NCBI RefSeq assembly: GCF_001194135.2 | Contig: NC_069004.1 | Coordinates: 28,227,069-28,291,068, forward strand | Reading direction: 5' to 3' | DNA from: Octopus bimaculoides | Taxonomy: Eukaryota | Length of the DNA: 64,000 bases | In this document: positions 25,069-37,744 of the stretch, piece by piece | Position numbering within the stretch: position 1 is the first letter of the stretch | Layout: every line of letters starts with the position of its first letter | Translations under genes and position numbers: made by a program | Notes under the pieces: generated by a model | What the model was told of the DNA's origin: nothing | Seen by the model: the letters and a program-made list of their open reading frames with translations, nothing else | Database searches by the model: none

Positions 25069-26235
25069 TACCATAATAACCCATGTAATTAGTGCACCTG
25101 TGTAATTTACGCAGGTGATTTTCAGGATAAAATTTGTTAAAAAAAAGCTTCTACTCATGTAAAATTCGCACCCAAAAGTTTTCAAAATTGCTAATATAGC
25201 CAGAGGAAAATTATGATTAGATTTTATTAAATTTTCATTAAATAAAAATAATTTCTATTTAACAAGTATCACATTGAAAGCTAGTAAATTTAAAAAGTGT
25301 TTGTGTTGTTTATAATAAACTTTATTTTACATTTCTTGCCCACGAGAGATTATGTCCGATCTTTAGCATACTGCTGTATGTCTTCTCGATTCATGATCAC
25401 AAGAAAAGTTGTTAAGAATTACCAACAAAAACAAAGTTGATAAATACACACAGGTGCTGCAAATTAAGTTTAATTACCAATAAACATCAGCTTGGATGAC
25501 ACTTTACTCAACCGACAGAAGGTGACCGATCAAACTGAATTATATAAACAGAATTGTTTTCTGCCTAGTCTTGTCGGAACCTTTGATACGGAGTATTGAA
25601 ATTTTGATTCCTTTCACACTTATAAAATGTCAAGCAAACTTTAAAATTTGCCATTACTGTTGTTGTCAGTATGAGCAGAACTTATGAATCATTTACTGCG
25701 AAGGAGAAATTAAATATGTTGAATATACATTTGAACGTGGCTATAGAGCCAATGTTCAAAATTGGCGTAAACAGTATGACAAACTTAAAACTGTGCCTAG
25801 TAATAAACAGACAAAAATAAAAACATACAAACAAGATTATCCATATCATTACATTTTTTTCAGTCAGGAATATCCATATCACTATGTATGTCAGTGGTGT
25901 TCCATTGGGATAGGTAGAAACTCCAAGCAATGTAAAACATGGCCCGGACTGTGTTTACTAGCATGAACATCAGACTTCAAAAAGTAGTTAGTCATTTAAT
26001 GGTTTTAGTAAATTTATACAGAAAATGTAAGCATTATACCATCCTGCATAAATAAAAGTCAACTTCATTATATTTAAGCCATTATTTTTTCTGTAAAAAC
26101 CTATTCTGACAGTAAATGAGTCAACTTCCGGTACAAATGTTTACATTTTGGACGCCTTTTTTTCAACAAAAAGAATTTCCAAAAAAATTCTGGAAACAAT
26201 CTACTCATGTAATTTACAATTTACACGCCTGCCAA
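25069..26235 (+). mobile_element. Decayed pogo/Tigger-like DNA transposon (left end, BrkDBD-like N-terminus, start of right end before the gap)
   Basis: TA-CCATAATAACCCATGTAATTAGTGCACC end, with the subterminal ctactcatgtaa motif repeated at 26201. ATG at 25671 reads MSRTYESFTAKEKL/YVEYTFERGYRA-NVQNWRKQYDKL with a frameshift (Brinker-type HTH pattern). Confidence 0.75.
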
Positions 26236-26841
26236 NNNNNNNNNNNNNNNNNNNNNNNNNNNNNNNNNNNNNNNNNNNNNNNNNNNNNNNNNNNNNNNNN
26301 NNNNNNNNNNNNNNNNNNNNNNNNNNNNNNNNNNNNNNNNNNNNNNNNNNNNNNNNNNNNNNNNNNNNNNNNNNNNNNNNNNNNNNNNNNNNNNNNNNNN
26401 NNNNNNNNNNNNNNNNNNNNNNNNNNNNNNNNNNNNNNNNNNNNNNNNNNNNNNNNNNNNNNNNNNNNNNNNNNNNNNNNNNNNNNNNNNNNNNNNNNNN
26501 NNNNNNNNNNNNNNNNNNNNNNNNNNNNNNNNNNNNNNNNNNNNNNNNNNNNNNNNNNNNNNNNNNNNNNNNNNNNNNNNNNNNNNNNNNNNNNNNNNNN
26601 NNNNNNNNNNNNNNNNNNNNNNNNNNNNNNNNNNNNNNNNNNNNNNNNNNNNNNNNNNNNNNNNNNNNNNNNNNNNNNNNNNNNNNNNNNNNNNNNNNNN
26701 NNNNNNNNNNNNNNNNNNNNNNNNNNNNNNAGTCAGGCGATACTGGCATATATGTATATATATTAGGGAAAATAACCAAGTTTCAAGAACTCATCGATTA
26801 ATTGAGTTTTTACCTGTAATTTTGGATTTTGTCCCTAATAT

Positions 26842-26879
<38 letters not shown>

Positions 26880-26889
<10 letters not shown>

Positions 26890-27220
26890 ATATGTATGTG
26901 TGTATATGTTTGTGTGTCTGTATTTGTCTCCCAAACATCGCTTGATAACCGATGCTGGTGTTTTTACGTCCCCGTAACTTAGCGATTCAGCAAAAGAGAA
27001 CGATAGAATAAGTACTAGGCTTACAAAGAATAAGTCCTGGGGGTCGATTTGCTCGACTAAAGGCGGTGTTACCACATGTCAGATATCGAAGTGATTTCAG
27101 AGCAACATGAGATGAATTGTTTTGCCCAAGAACACAATGCACCACCTGCTCTAGGAATTGAAACCACAATCTCGCAACCATGAATGCAACTCTCTAACTA
27201 CTAGGCCATGCATCTTCACA
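26880..27220. mobile_element. 3' half of SINE A (+) joined to a SINE C head (-)
   Basis: Family A match to about 27068, then tgaattgttttgcccaagaacacaatgc...aattgaaacc. Confidence 0.75.
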
Positions 27221-27279
27221 ACAACAATAGTAATAATGCTTATAATGACAAACAACAATAATAATAATAATAATAATAA

Positions 27280-27745
27280 TAATCCTTTCTATTATAGACA
27301 CAAAGCCTAAAATTTGTGGGAAGGAGCTAAGTTGACCACATTGACCCTGTACTTCACTGGTACTTAATTTATCGACCCTGAAAGGATGAAAGGCAAAGTC
27401 AACCTCAGCAAAATTTGAACTCAGAACGTAAAGATGGATGAAATACTGCTAAGCCTTTTGCCTAGCATGCTAACGATTCTGCCAGCTCACCGCCTTGATA
27501 TAATAATTATAATGACAATTTCAAATTTTGATATAAGGCCAGTAAGTTCAGATGAGTGGGGGGGGGGTCGATTACATTGACCCCCCCTCCCCCCATGCTC
27601 AACTGGTACAAACTTTATCGACCCCAAAAAGGATGAAAGGCAAAGTCAACCTTGGCGACATTTGAACTCAGAACATTAAGTCAGAAAAAATACTGTTAAG
27701 CATTTCGTCTCTCATCATAATAATCCTTCCAGCTCACTGCCTTAA
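27280..27745 (-). mobile_element. Two tandem SINE family B copies
   Basis: 27280-27497 and 27520-27745, separated by (aat)-rich sequence. Confidence 0.85.
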
Positions 27746-27849
27746 AAATAATAACAACAACAACAACAATGATGATGATGATGATAATAACAACAACCTC
27801 TGTGACTAAAGCAATATTAACAACACTCTTTCATTTCTTTTCTTTACAG

Positions 27850-27962
27850 AGATATTCATCTAAATCCAGTTTCAAAGGATGTTAAAAGTCTACGTGAACG
27901 ACTTGAGATGGCCACCCTTGAACTAAAGGGATTGGCAGAGAAGAAAAATGTTTCCTCCATCT
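27850..27962 (+). CDS. FUT8: Internal coding exon (113 nt), stem coiled-coil of a FUT8-like alpha-1,6-fucosyltransferase: DIHLNPVSKDVKSLRERLEMATLELKGLAEKKNVSSI
   Basis: Acceptor tttcatttctttctttacag| and donor |gtaagt; open frame (phase 2 in, phase 1 out) with heptad character. Joins in frame to exon 55822 (T+CA=Ser). It occupies the position of the FUT8 stem helix (human [26 protein letters not shown], recalled). Assignment to FUT8 rests mainly on the downstream exon. Confidence 0.72.
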
Positions 27963-28848
27963 GTAAGTTTATCTTGCTTTTTTTCTATCTTTTCTTTTTC
28001 ACTTTCTTTTCTTCATTAATATGGAAGCCAGTGTGGCTAGATAGGGTGGAAGGGTACTGTGCAAACCATGTGATTCTGGTTTCAATCCCTACTCCGTGAT
28101 ACTTTGAGGAAGTGTTGTCCACAGTAACCTCTTAAGGCTCTCACATATTTTGTGAATGCAGTGTTTGCGATAGAGTGGACTCTACTGCTTAAGGGACTTC
28201 CCCTATTCCAAGGCCAGTGGTCAAGTTAGACCTGGCAACAGATTAATTCTACCATTCACAACAGGAAAGGGTCACTTACTCTGATTGGCTTCTACAACAG
28301 TTTCTACCTGCTGAATTTCACTCATAAAATTTTGACCAATCCAAGGTGCCATACAGTGGGATTGAACTTGTTGTAGCCGTTTGGTTGTGAACTGCACCTT
28401 TTGACCATAGCTGCACCCACCCAATAATCAATCTTCTCAGTTATCTCTTTTTACCAGACTCTGATATAAATAAGACATTTTCATTTTGTTTAATGTGAAG
28501 TAGACACACACACACACACACAATCTTCAATTTTAGTCTTTTGCATTTATCTGTGTGTGTTGTAATGCTTTGATTTTTTGTTTTTGTTTTTGTTTTCTTC
28601 TTTGAACAATTCTGTTTACATTCCTACCATGGTCTTCTCACCAAATTCCTCCTTCTGTTTCCATCATTCTCCCGGTGAGAAAGGCAGTCGTTAGATTTGC
28701 ACCTACTTTACCTTTCGTAAATATTAAAAAGAAATTTCAACAGTTCACAAGAAGAATACTTCAGATGACTGGTGCTATTTTAGTCATGTGTTTATAAGAA
28801 GCTGATCAGTCTTAATCTTTACATTAATTTTTTATGCACACACATACA

Positions 28849-28930
<82 letters not shown>

Positions 28931-29099
28931 TGTATCTTATGTCTATTGATTAATTCTCCTCTGTATCCAGCAATATCTGCTTCTGCTAAGCTAATACTAT
29001 AGCAATGTGTGTTTACTGTGAACTCTTAGACTGCATTATATTGTCTTGCAGTGACCTTCCCATTACAAGCATTAGCAGTATTTCTGTTGCAATAATCGT

Positions 29100-29372
29100 A
29101 TGGCTAGATGGCAGAATCGTTAGCACGCCGGGCAAAATGCTTAATGGCATTTCCGCGTGTCTTTATGTTCTGAGTTCAAATCCCGCTGAGGTGGACTCTG
29201 CCTTTCATCCTTTCAGGAGTTTGTTTTTACATTCTGAAGTCTACTGAGGTCAACTTTGCCTTTCATTCTTTTGGGGTCAATAAAATAAGTATCAATTAAA
29301 TACTGGGGTCAATGCAATCGATTTACCCCATCCCTTGGAATTGCTGCCTTATGCCAAAATTTGAAAACAATA
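29100..29372 (+). mobile_element. SINE family B with a duplicated head segment
   Basis: gttctgagttcaaatcccgctgaggtggactctgcc is followed by a second gaggtcaactttgcctttcattc. Confidence 0.8.
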
Positions 29373-29430
29373 TTTCTAGTTTACAACTTATACCAATTCA
29401 TGGTTAAATTATGGTAAATGGACTGCACCT

Positions 29431-29761
29431 ACATCATTTACATTATTTACATTTGATGGATATTTGTCCTCATCTTGTTTGTTGTTAACACAATATTTAG
29501 GCTGATATACCCTCCAGCCTTCATCAGGTGTCTTGGGGAAATTTCAAACCTGGGTTCTCGTTCCTAAGGTATTTTTCGATGTTATTATTATTATTATTCA
29601 GGTCACTGCCTGGAATCAAACTCAGAATCCTGGGGTTAGTAACCTGCACTCTTAACCACTAAGCCATATGCCTGTGGGCATGACAACAAACAAGATGAGG
29701 ACAAATATCCATCAAATGTAAATAGTGTACATAATTCCTCATCTCTTAAATATAGAACTGT
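29431..29761 (-). mobile_element. Non-autonomous element: tRNA-like head, hammerhead-ribozyme core and Penelope-like tail, with inverted terminal duplication and 13-bp TSD
   Basis: On the minus strand: head 29680-29601 (TGGCTTAGTGG A-box, GAGTTTGATTCC B-box), HHR 29532-29487 (GACAC-CTGATGA-AGGCTG..CAGCC-TAAA-TAT-T-GTGTT). The 41-bp tail recurs inverted at 29683-29724. TSD atggactgcacct (29418-29430) / atggactgtacct (29762-29774). Confidence 0.8.
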
Positions 29762-30280
29762 ATGGACTGTACCTGTTCTTTAGCAAGTAATTCTAATCTG
29801 GCACTAGGTTTAACTTCACAATTACCTGGCCACTTGTGTGTTTCTTGTAATGTCCATCCTGTTGTCAAGATTTGGGCCAAATTCTCTGGACTGAAAGTAA
29901 CTTGACTTCTTCATTTAATGCTGCTGTAATCTGTGTGTTGTGGTCTTGTTCATGTTTTCTGTACTAGTCTTGAAAGTTTAGTTTTGACATGGTTTCTATG
30001 GCAGGATGCCCTTCCTAATGCCAACCACTTAACAGTGTGTACTGGATTTTTTTTTCTTTTTCTTGGGCCACCAAGACTAGTAAAGGTAGCTTATTAATTT
30101 GCAAGTCAAGAAAAGTAAAAAGAAAGTAAAAGTGCCCTTTGCTAAGTTGTGAGGGTAGTGTCTAGGAGAGGAGGGTGGTTTTATGCCTGGTGTTGAAAGG
30201 CTAAATTATGAAAGAGGGACAGCTGCAGGTGTCATGCTATGGAGACACAAAAAGATAATAAAGCTTTATGTATATTATAG

Positions 30281-30700
30281 GGCAGTGAACTGGCAGAATC
30301 ATTAGCACGCAGCGATCTGGCAGAAACGTTAGTAAGCCGGGCGATATGCTTAGCGGTATTTCGTCTGCCGTTACATTCTGAGCTCAAATTCCGCTGAGGT
30401 CGACTTTGCCTTTCATCCTTTCAGGGTCGAAAAATTAAGTACCAGTTACACAATGGGGTCGATGTAATCGACTTAATCCCTTTGTCCTTGTTTGTCCCCT
30501 CTATGTTTAGCCCCTTGTGGGCAATAAAGAAATAAGAGACATTAGCACACGGATGAAATGCTTAGTGGTATTTCAACTGTCTTTGTTTTAGGTTCAAATT
30601 CCGCTAAGGCCAGCTTTGCCTTTCATCTTTCCATGGTCAATAAAATAATTACTAGTTGAACACAGGAGGTCAATGCAATCTACTTAACTACACCTGGGTA
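30281..30700 (+). mobile_element. SINE B (30309-30539) nested in an older SINE B with a 9-bp TSD
   Basis: TSD CATTAGCAC at 30300-30308 and 30540-30548. Confidence 0.85.
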
Positions 30701-33700
30701 AGAATATTAAAAAACACTGCCCTTCTCTACCAAGCCATGTTGAGTCTGTGCGGGACATAGGCTCATCAAACTAGTATGATCTCCAGCTCAAATTTGCAAC
30801 CTCCACATCAGACTGTGGTTCCTGGAGAGAGCATGCCGAAGCCCTTGTCTTGCAGTGGATTGAACATACACAATCCAATCCAATCCAATATTATTGTAGT
30901 TTTTCTTTGAGGTTGGTGGAGAGGGTCTTTACAGCGAAATGCCATGTATTATGAATACCCCTAGTTTTAATCTTGAATTTGGTGGGTAAAAAAGGGGTGA
31001 GTATTATACATAAATTTTAATGTTCATTTTTGATCTGTATTAAATGGCTAAGTCACCTTTATGATGCGAAGGGATGCAACACATGACACCAACATGTACA
31101 AACAAACATGGTTTTTTTTGTTTTTCAAAATCAATATATATATAGTAAACATAAGGTCTTTTCTCTCTTTCTCTCTCTCTCTCTCTGGAATATTACTCCC
31201 CCTGCATTAATGTGCAATATGCATGCCAATTTGTCAAGTTTTGCTAATGTGTCACAGGTCACTGGTGCAGAACATCTCTCATAAATTCATTGTTTGTTTG
31301 AACTTTTTTCTGTCCCTGCGTTCCTCCGGCATTATTGCAGTTGGTAGGTTTGACAACGATATATATCAACCAAACGAGAAATATTCCCGGAAACACAGAA
31401 ACTTAAATCTATCATGAATACGACATATGGAGCAACGGAACCGTAATGGCCTGCAGCTGAGTCTAAAGATCATTATCTTCCTTGGAATTAATTCTTCTTT
31501 TTTCCTTTTCTTTATTTGTTTATGTATTATTGGCATGTGGCAGGGATGGGGGTGGGGGTGGGAGACGGTTCTACATGTATTCTAAGATCTTTTTATTTAT
31601 CAGTGGATATTGGAGTTGGCGGGGGGAGTGTAGGAGACGGTAGAGGATCACATGTATTTGGATAGCTTTTGTTTTTTGGGGTCCCCCCTCCCCGCCATCG
31701 TTTTCTCCCCCTTTTACAGAAAGCAATAACTCAAGGTCTTTGTGTTTTCTGATTCAGCAATAAAGCAGGGAAAACTTGTTTGTCACTTGCTTTCTGTTTG
31801 TGTGTTCACACACACACACATACACACATACATTATACATATGCATGTATGTGTGTGTGTGTGTGTATGTGTATATATATATATATATATATACATACAT
31901 ACTTGTACACACACATACATGTGCACACACCTGCACACACACCTGCACACCCCCTACACATACATACATACCTGCACACACATACAAGTAGGTTGTAGTT
32001 AACTTGATAGACTGACTGCTTTAGACTGTTAACCAGAAGGTCAACAATTTATTGTATGTCTGAGACACTTGTCTGCCAAGTAGTAGTCTTTTTAGGTATA
32101 TAGTATATGTGTGTGTGTGTGTGTGTGTGTACATGCATGTGTGCATATGTGTGTGTCTGTGTGTTTATTTCTTTCTGTGTTGTGATTAAGAATGCTTTCT
32201 CTTTTTACTTTTTCACTTTATTAAAGTATAGTCTGCAACTCTTAAAGACTGACTGCCATACCCACATGTGCATATAATTTTTTAATTATCCAAAAGAAAA
32301 TAAACACAAATATTATTTATTCATCTCAGTTTGGTTTCATTTCGTTATATTTCATTTTCTTCGATCTTTATTTCCCATGAACCACATTTTATTCGAATTT
32401 CTTAATTTATCTCTTTATTTAATTTCATTTTTAATTCCCGTATCTCAGCAAACGTTTCTCTAGCAGCAAGTCTAGTCAAAACAGAAACCGACAAACTTTT
32501 TCTTAATTGTTTATTTCATATCCAAGTTAATTTATTTCCATCCGAAATTCTCTCTCTTTTTCCATTCACCATAAGAAATCAGTCACCGGTCAACACCAAG
32601 AGGCTGTCAAGAAATGTTTCATTTCTTAACCTCTAAATTTGCTGAAATAATCATTTGTTCTTGTTCGTTGATGGCTTTTCAATCTTCAGATTGGGTCCTG
32701 TTATTGTCAGCTTCAAAGAAATTGGGACTTTCTGGGAAATGAAACAAATTGATTTTTCTCACCAACAGCCTTCCTAAATGCATATTGCTTCTATTTTTTC
32801 TTCTTTTTTTTTATTTCAATTCTTTCTTTCTTTTCACTTGAGTGGAGACAATATGCGAATGTACAGGCAGATACAATAGAGATATCCTTTTGCCATTGTA
32901 ATGAATGGCACAGTGTGTTGGTATGCATTAACAGAAAGAAGAATGTATTTGCCACTGACCAGTGACAGGCATTTCTAGTGAAGGATTTGACTGTTCACTT
33001 TTGATTGAATAGTTTTGATATAGATTGCGTAGTAATTCTTCATCTCTTTTCCTCTTTCATTCTCTTATTCCATCCCTTGACATATCTTGGGCACCATCTT
33101 CTGTCTTGTTTTCTTGCTAGGAATAAAAGTCTTATACTACTTACCCGGGTCCTCCACTGCTCCATCATCCCTAGCCATATCTCAGAATGGATTCATAGCT
33201 TCTGTTTGATATTTACGTATAAAGTCTATTTTGCTTTACTGGAAACGAAATTAAGATATAAATGGGCTTTTGTTGTTGTTGTTTTTCTTTATAATGTAAA
33301 ATGAAAGATAATACAGGCAGCAAAAGATAGTGCAAGTTGCTCGGTAACTAGTAGGATAGATAAATAAGATGAGAGATATATTCTTGGATGAGCAAAAGAT
33401 GATACAAAGTTAAAAGATGTGGGGGGGGGGTGAAGGAAATAAATGAGTTGAAGTAATCCAAGAAGTAATCCAAATGTGGTTTCTATCTGTTAGAAGCGAA
33501 AGATAAGGTTCAGCGCTATACCATTCCCAACTCTGTCCCATTAAGATTACTGGTGTTTATTCTCGAAATTCCAGCTGAAAATCAGCAGTATTGGTTACCA
33601 TATATATATATATATATATTTAGCAACAGCATTATCATCATAATCAATTAATGTCCACTTTTCTGTGCTTGCATGGGTTACATGGAATTTGTTGAGGCAG

Positions 33701-33889
33701 ATTTTCTATGGCTGGATACCCTTCCTGTTGTCAACACTCACCTGTTTCTTTCCAGACAAGGTAATATTTTTCCTGGAAGACTAAAAGCAAACAGCCTCCC
33801 TTCTATGCTGATGATGATGCACATTTACAACCATCAGGTGATATCTAGACAAGGGTATCTATCTACCTATACACACACACACATTATCA

Positions 33890-34314
33890 TACAGGGTGCA
33901 ATGGGTAAATTGTCGCCCTTTTATATTTTTAATTTCACGCATGCACATTGTTTTTGATTTTGTCGACTACGCAGTATAGTTGGGCACTCTCTGTGGGAAA
34001 AACAGCACCATGATGCAATTTACTCTGCCAGAAATTTGGAAATGACATGCTGTACTGCTTGGTATTTGCGCAGGAAGCTCCAATATGAACAGATGGTGAA
34101 TACACAGAACAACCGTTGGTTTGCCGTGTCCCCAAAACATGTACCGAGAGTGATAAAAATCAAACATCCAGTCAACATCATGGTGTTTGGAGTGATCTCT
34201 AGTGATGGCAACATTATACGTCCATTCATCTTCCTACATGGCCTCATACTCAACACAGAGGCCTACATCAAGTGCCTGGAGGAGGTAGTGCTGCCCATGG
34301 TCAAGAGGGTGGCT
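33890..34314 (+). mobile_element. Internally deleted Tc1/mariner element, probably maT/DD37D-like
   Basis: TA-CAGGGTGCAATGGGTAAATTG end. The N-terminus MMQFTLPEIWK*HAVLLGICAGSSNMN is fused to the catalytic segment NTQNNRWFA...KHPVNIMVFGVISSDG..RPFIF..GL..NTEAYIKCLEEVVLP. Subfamily is inferred. Confidence 0.8.
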
Positions 34315-35876
34315 GTTCAGATTCATCTGCCTATCTGTCTGTCAATCTATCTATTACTGTCTGTCTGTCTACTTACCTCCCTACATACCTACATACACTC
34401 TCCTACCTACCTATATATTTCTCCCCTGGAACCTACAAGCCGACACTGTCGACTACAGATAGTGATCTAAGGGAGACAGTCCATTGCTAAGTGCAATGAG
34501 TGGTCAACAAGTAGTTATAAGGCCTTTTCTCCTTCCACTTTGATTATAGGCCACCAGTCATTAGGATCTGAAGAAATGCCATAAAGCTAAGCGTTATGGA
34601 CATGAAACCCAGGGTCACCCCATAAACCAGCCATAGCTATCTTTATCTAATTCATATATATATGAGAAATTATGGTAAATGTAAGTTTAAATCATTATTG
34701 CATTTATGCAATAGTAAATTAATGATCCATTGGCATCCAACTGCCCTTGGAACATCTAATGTTGAAATTCTAGACAACCACAGTGGTGAAACCTGCGTAA
34801 GAATGAATCATGTCAACCTTGTGCATTTGTAATTTCTCCAACATCTGCTCTGTATATCATAACTATTAAAACTACTCAATATAGCAGCAGCTAAACTGCT
34901 ATACTGGAAGCAGACTGGATGATGACAGTCTATGTAAACTCAACAGCTGCTGTTGTACATCTTTTTGTACACAAGGCATTTAATATATATATATTTGTAT
35001 CTGTGTGTGTATATATATATATATAAAAATTGAAGTTGCACGATATGAATGTAACTTAAATTCTGCATTATTTTGAAGGAATTTCTGTCTTTTGCATTAA
35101 TGCAGACATGTAAGTAATTTATTTATTTATTAAATGTAATAATGTAAATTATTTACATGTTTTTAAGTTACGAAACAATTTGTCATGATATTNNNNNNNN
35201 NNNNNNNNNNNNNNNNNNNNNNNNNNNNNNNNNNNNNNNNNNNNNNNNNNNNNNNNNNNNNNNNNNNNNNNNNNNNNNNNNNNNNNNNNNNNTATATATA
35301 TTGTCAGTAGTTCATATGTCCAAAAGAGAAGTATGCTTTAGTAGTAATATATCTTTCTAAGAAGTTAAAAGTTATGACCGGTCATAGTGACCATTGGTTT
35401 CACACCTATAAAACACTTAGTATAGGCGACTTGTCAAACTCAAATGGCTGAAGGTACATAACCAATCCACAACTTGTAGAGAGGTTATGCACTTGCCATG
35501 GATTTTTAAACGTTTTTAAATGTTCCTAATACTGTGGTTTGTGTACTTATCTGAAGAAAACAGATTTTTACAATGTTATAATGCACCCATTAATCAAAAA
35601 ATTCTTTGGAAACAACTGTAAGGAATTGACACTTATGCATAATTTGTTATTTATATATATATATACATATGGCTGATAGTTAGCAAAGTGAGACACACAT
35701 AAGAAAGAAGAAAGAAAAGGACCACTGATGAGGTCACAGAAGTGTGATGAAAGAACTCTGGCCGAAATAGGATTAATGTAATATAATGCAATATAAAGCT
35801 GAAGCAAAATAACACCAAATATACAGTGCGTATGTTTTTATTGGCTAAACTGGCAATATGACCATCCCCAAGTACG

Positions 35877-35929
<53 letters not shown>

Positions 35930-36641
35930 ATCAAGTTGACACTTGCATATCTATTTATTTGTATGTATATATGTGTGTGTGGGGTGTATATGTTTGTGTG
36001 TGTGTGTTTGATAGTCAGAGAATGCGCTTTGTTATATCCACCGCTGTGGTAACTACACTTTGCTCTGTATTGACTATTGCGTCTTGTTTGTCCAATCAAA
36101 CATACACACACATACACATAAGTATGTGCTCTGTTACATACATACATACACACCCCCAAATGTGTAAGTATGTATCTGTGTATATTTATGTGTGTGCACG
36201 CGTGTTTATACACATGCTCACACACATGATGCTTCCATGCATACTTTGAGTGAAAAATGATCAAAAATAAAACTCTAACACACAAGTAAATATAATTCAA
36301 ACTTCAACATATTTTCCTGCCAGTTTTAATAAACTTTATTTATTTATTTTCATACCAATTTCTTTCTCTGATTAATTTCCTATATGCTATTATGTTAAAA
36401 ACGAAGCTATTGAAATTTAATTGGGATGACTTAAAGAATATCCTCTCCAGCGCCATTTCCTGATTTCTTCTACTTTATGTTCTTACCTTATTCTGTTTTC
36501 TATGCTTTATTGGGTTTATCTTAGTTGAAATTCTGAAAATTCTGGAGGTTTTCAAAACATCTTCTTCTCAAACTTTTGTTTACTAAAAGAAGGTCATTGG
36601 TAGTTAGCAGATGTTACTTAGCTGGACGCGAGGGTCCAATG

Positions 36642-36745
36642 CAGGGGTTTTCAACTGAAGTTCACATGACCCTTAGGGGTCTATATAAGATTTTATTGTT
36701 AAAATTCACATGCAATAAATTGGTTATACTTCTATGATAAAGGCC
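36642..36745. mobile_element. hAT MITE 5' fragment
   Basis: caggggttttcaac...cacatgacccttaggggtctatataagattttattgttaaaatt; homologous to 50960-51100. Confidence 0.6.
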
Positions 36746-36862
36746 AGAAATTTCAGGAGTTGGTGTAAGTCGATTACATCAGTGCTCAATTGGTAACTTA
36801 TTTTTGTAAGTGCTCAACTGATACTTATACTATCAATCCCCAAAAGGATGAAAGGCAAAGTC

Positions 36863-37195
36863 CACATCATCATCATCTAGTGTCTGTCTTCCATGCTAGC
36901 ATGGATGGGTCGATACCACAAGAGCCAGTCAGGCAGAAGCCTGCACCAGATTTCTGTGTCTGTTTTGGCAGGATTTTTACATCTGGATGCTCTTCCTGAC
37001 ATCAACCACTCAATAGAGTGGACTTAGTGCTTTTTACATGGCACAAGCTCAGGCGAGATGAGTAGTGCTTTTTACATGGCACAAGCTCAGGTAAGATGAG
37101 TAGTGCTTTTTACGTGGCACAGGTGAGGTGAGTAGTACTTTTTACATGACACAAGCTCAGGTGAGATGAGTAGTGCTTTTTACGTGGCACAAGCA
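36863..37195 (-). mobile_element. RTE 3' end with an about 38-bp tandem expansion (gagtagtgctttttacatggcacaagctcaggtgagat, about 5 copies)
   Basis: Tandem units at 37020-37195 directly visible. Confidence 0.75.
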
Positions 37196-37744
37196 CCTTG
37201 GCAAAATTTGAATAGAGAATGTAAAGACAAATGAAATGCCGCTAAGCATTTTGCAAAATCAACCTCAGTAGTATTTGAACCCAGATTGTAAAGACAGATG
37301 AAATGACTCTGAGCATTTTGCCCGGTATGCTAACAATTCTGCCAGCTCACTGCCTTAATTATGGAATTCCTAATAATATTTAATCATAAAAATATGACAG
37401 GAATTTTTTAAACAGTGAATAGCAATGAGGGTCCAACTGAGCAGAATAGGAATCAAAGGGGTTCATAGTTAAAAAACAGACATTAAACAATGACGATGAC
37501 GATGATGATCCTTTCAGGGTCAATAAAATACTAGTTGAACCCTGGGAACATTGTAATCAGTTTACTCCTCCCCTCCAAAAAAACTGCAGGCCTTGTGCCA
37601 AAATTTGAAACTGCTATTTATAGTTGTTTGGTCAATTGCTCATTTAGTGAGCATTATCAATGGCTGAATATTCCTTGGACACATGTACATTTAGCATAAA
37701 TCTCAGTTGTGCCACTTTGAATATTCTTCAGTTGTTTCAATGTT

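Noticed and set aside
31541-31565. G-quadruplex-type run (gggatgggggtgggggtggg) near a unique island at 31200-31480
   Set aside because: G-runs are common in this window, and the short ORFs nearby lack supporting splice or homology evidence.
37020-37195. Regularly spaced repeats (here, 14690-14940, 19136-20230, 59705-60480) as CRISPR-like arrays
   Set aside because: Eukaryotic context, no unique spacers and no cas genes; these are tandem expansions.
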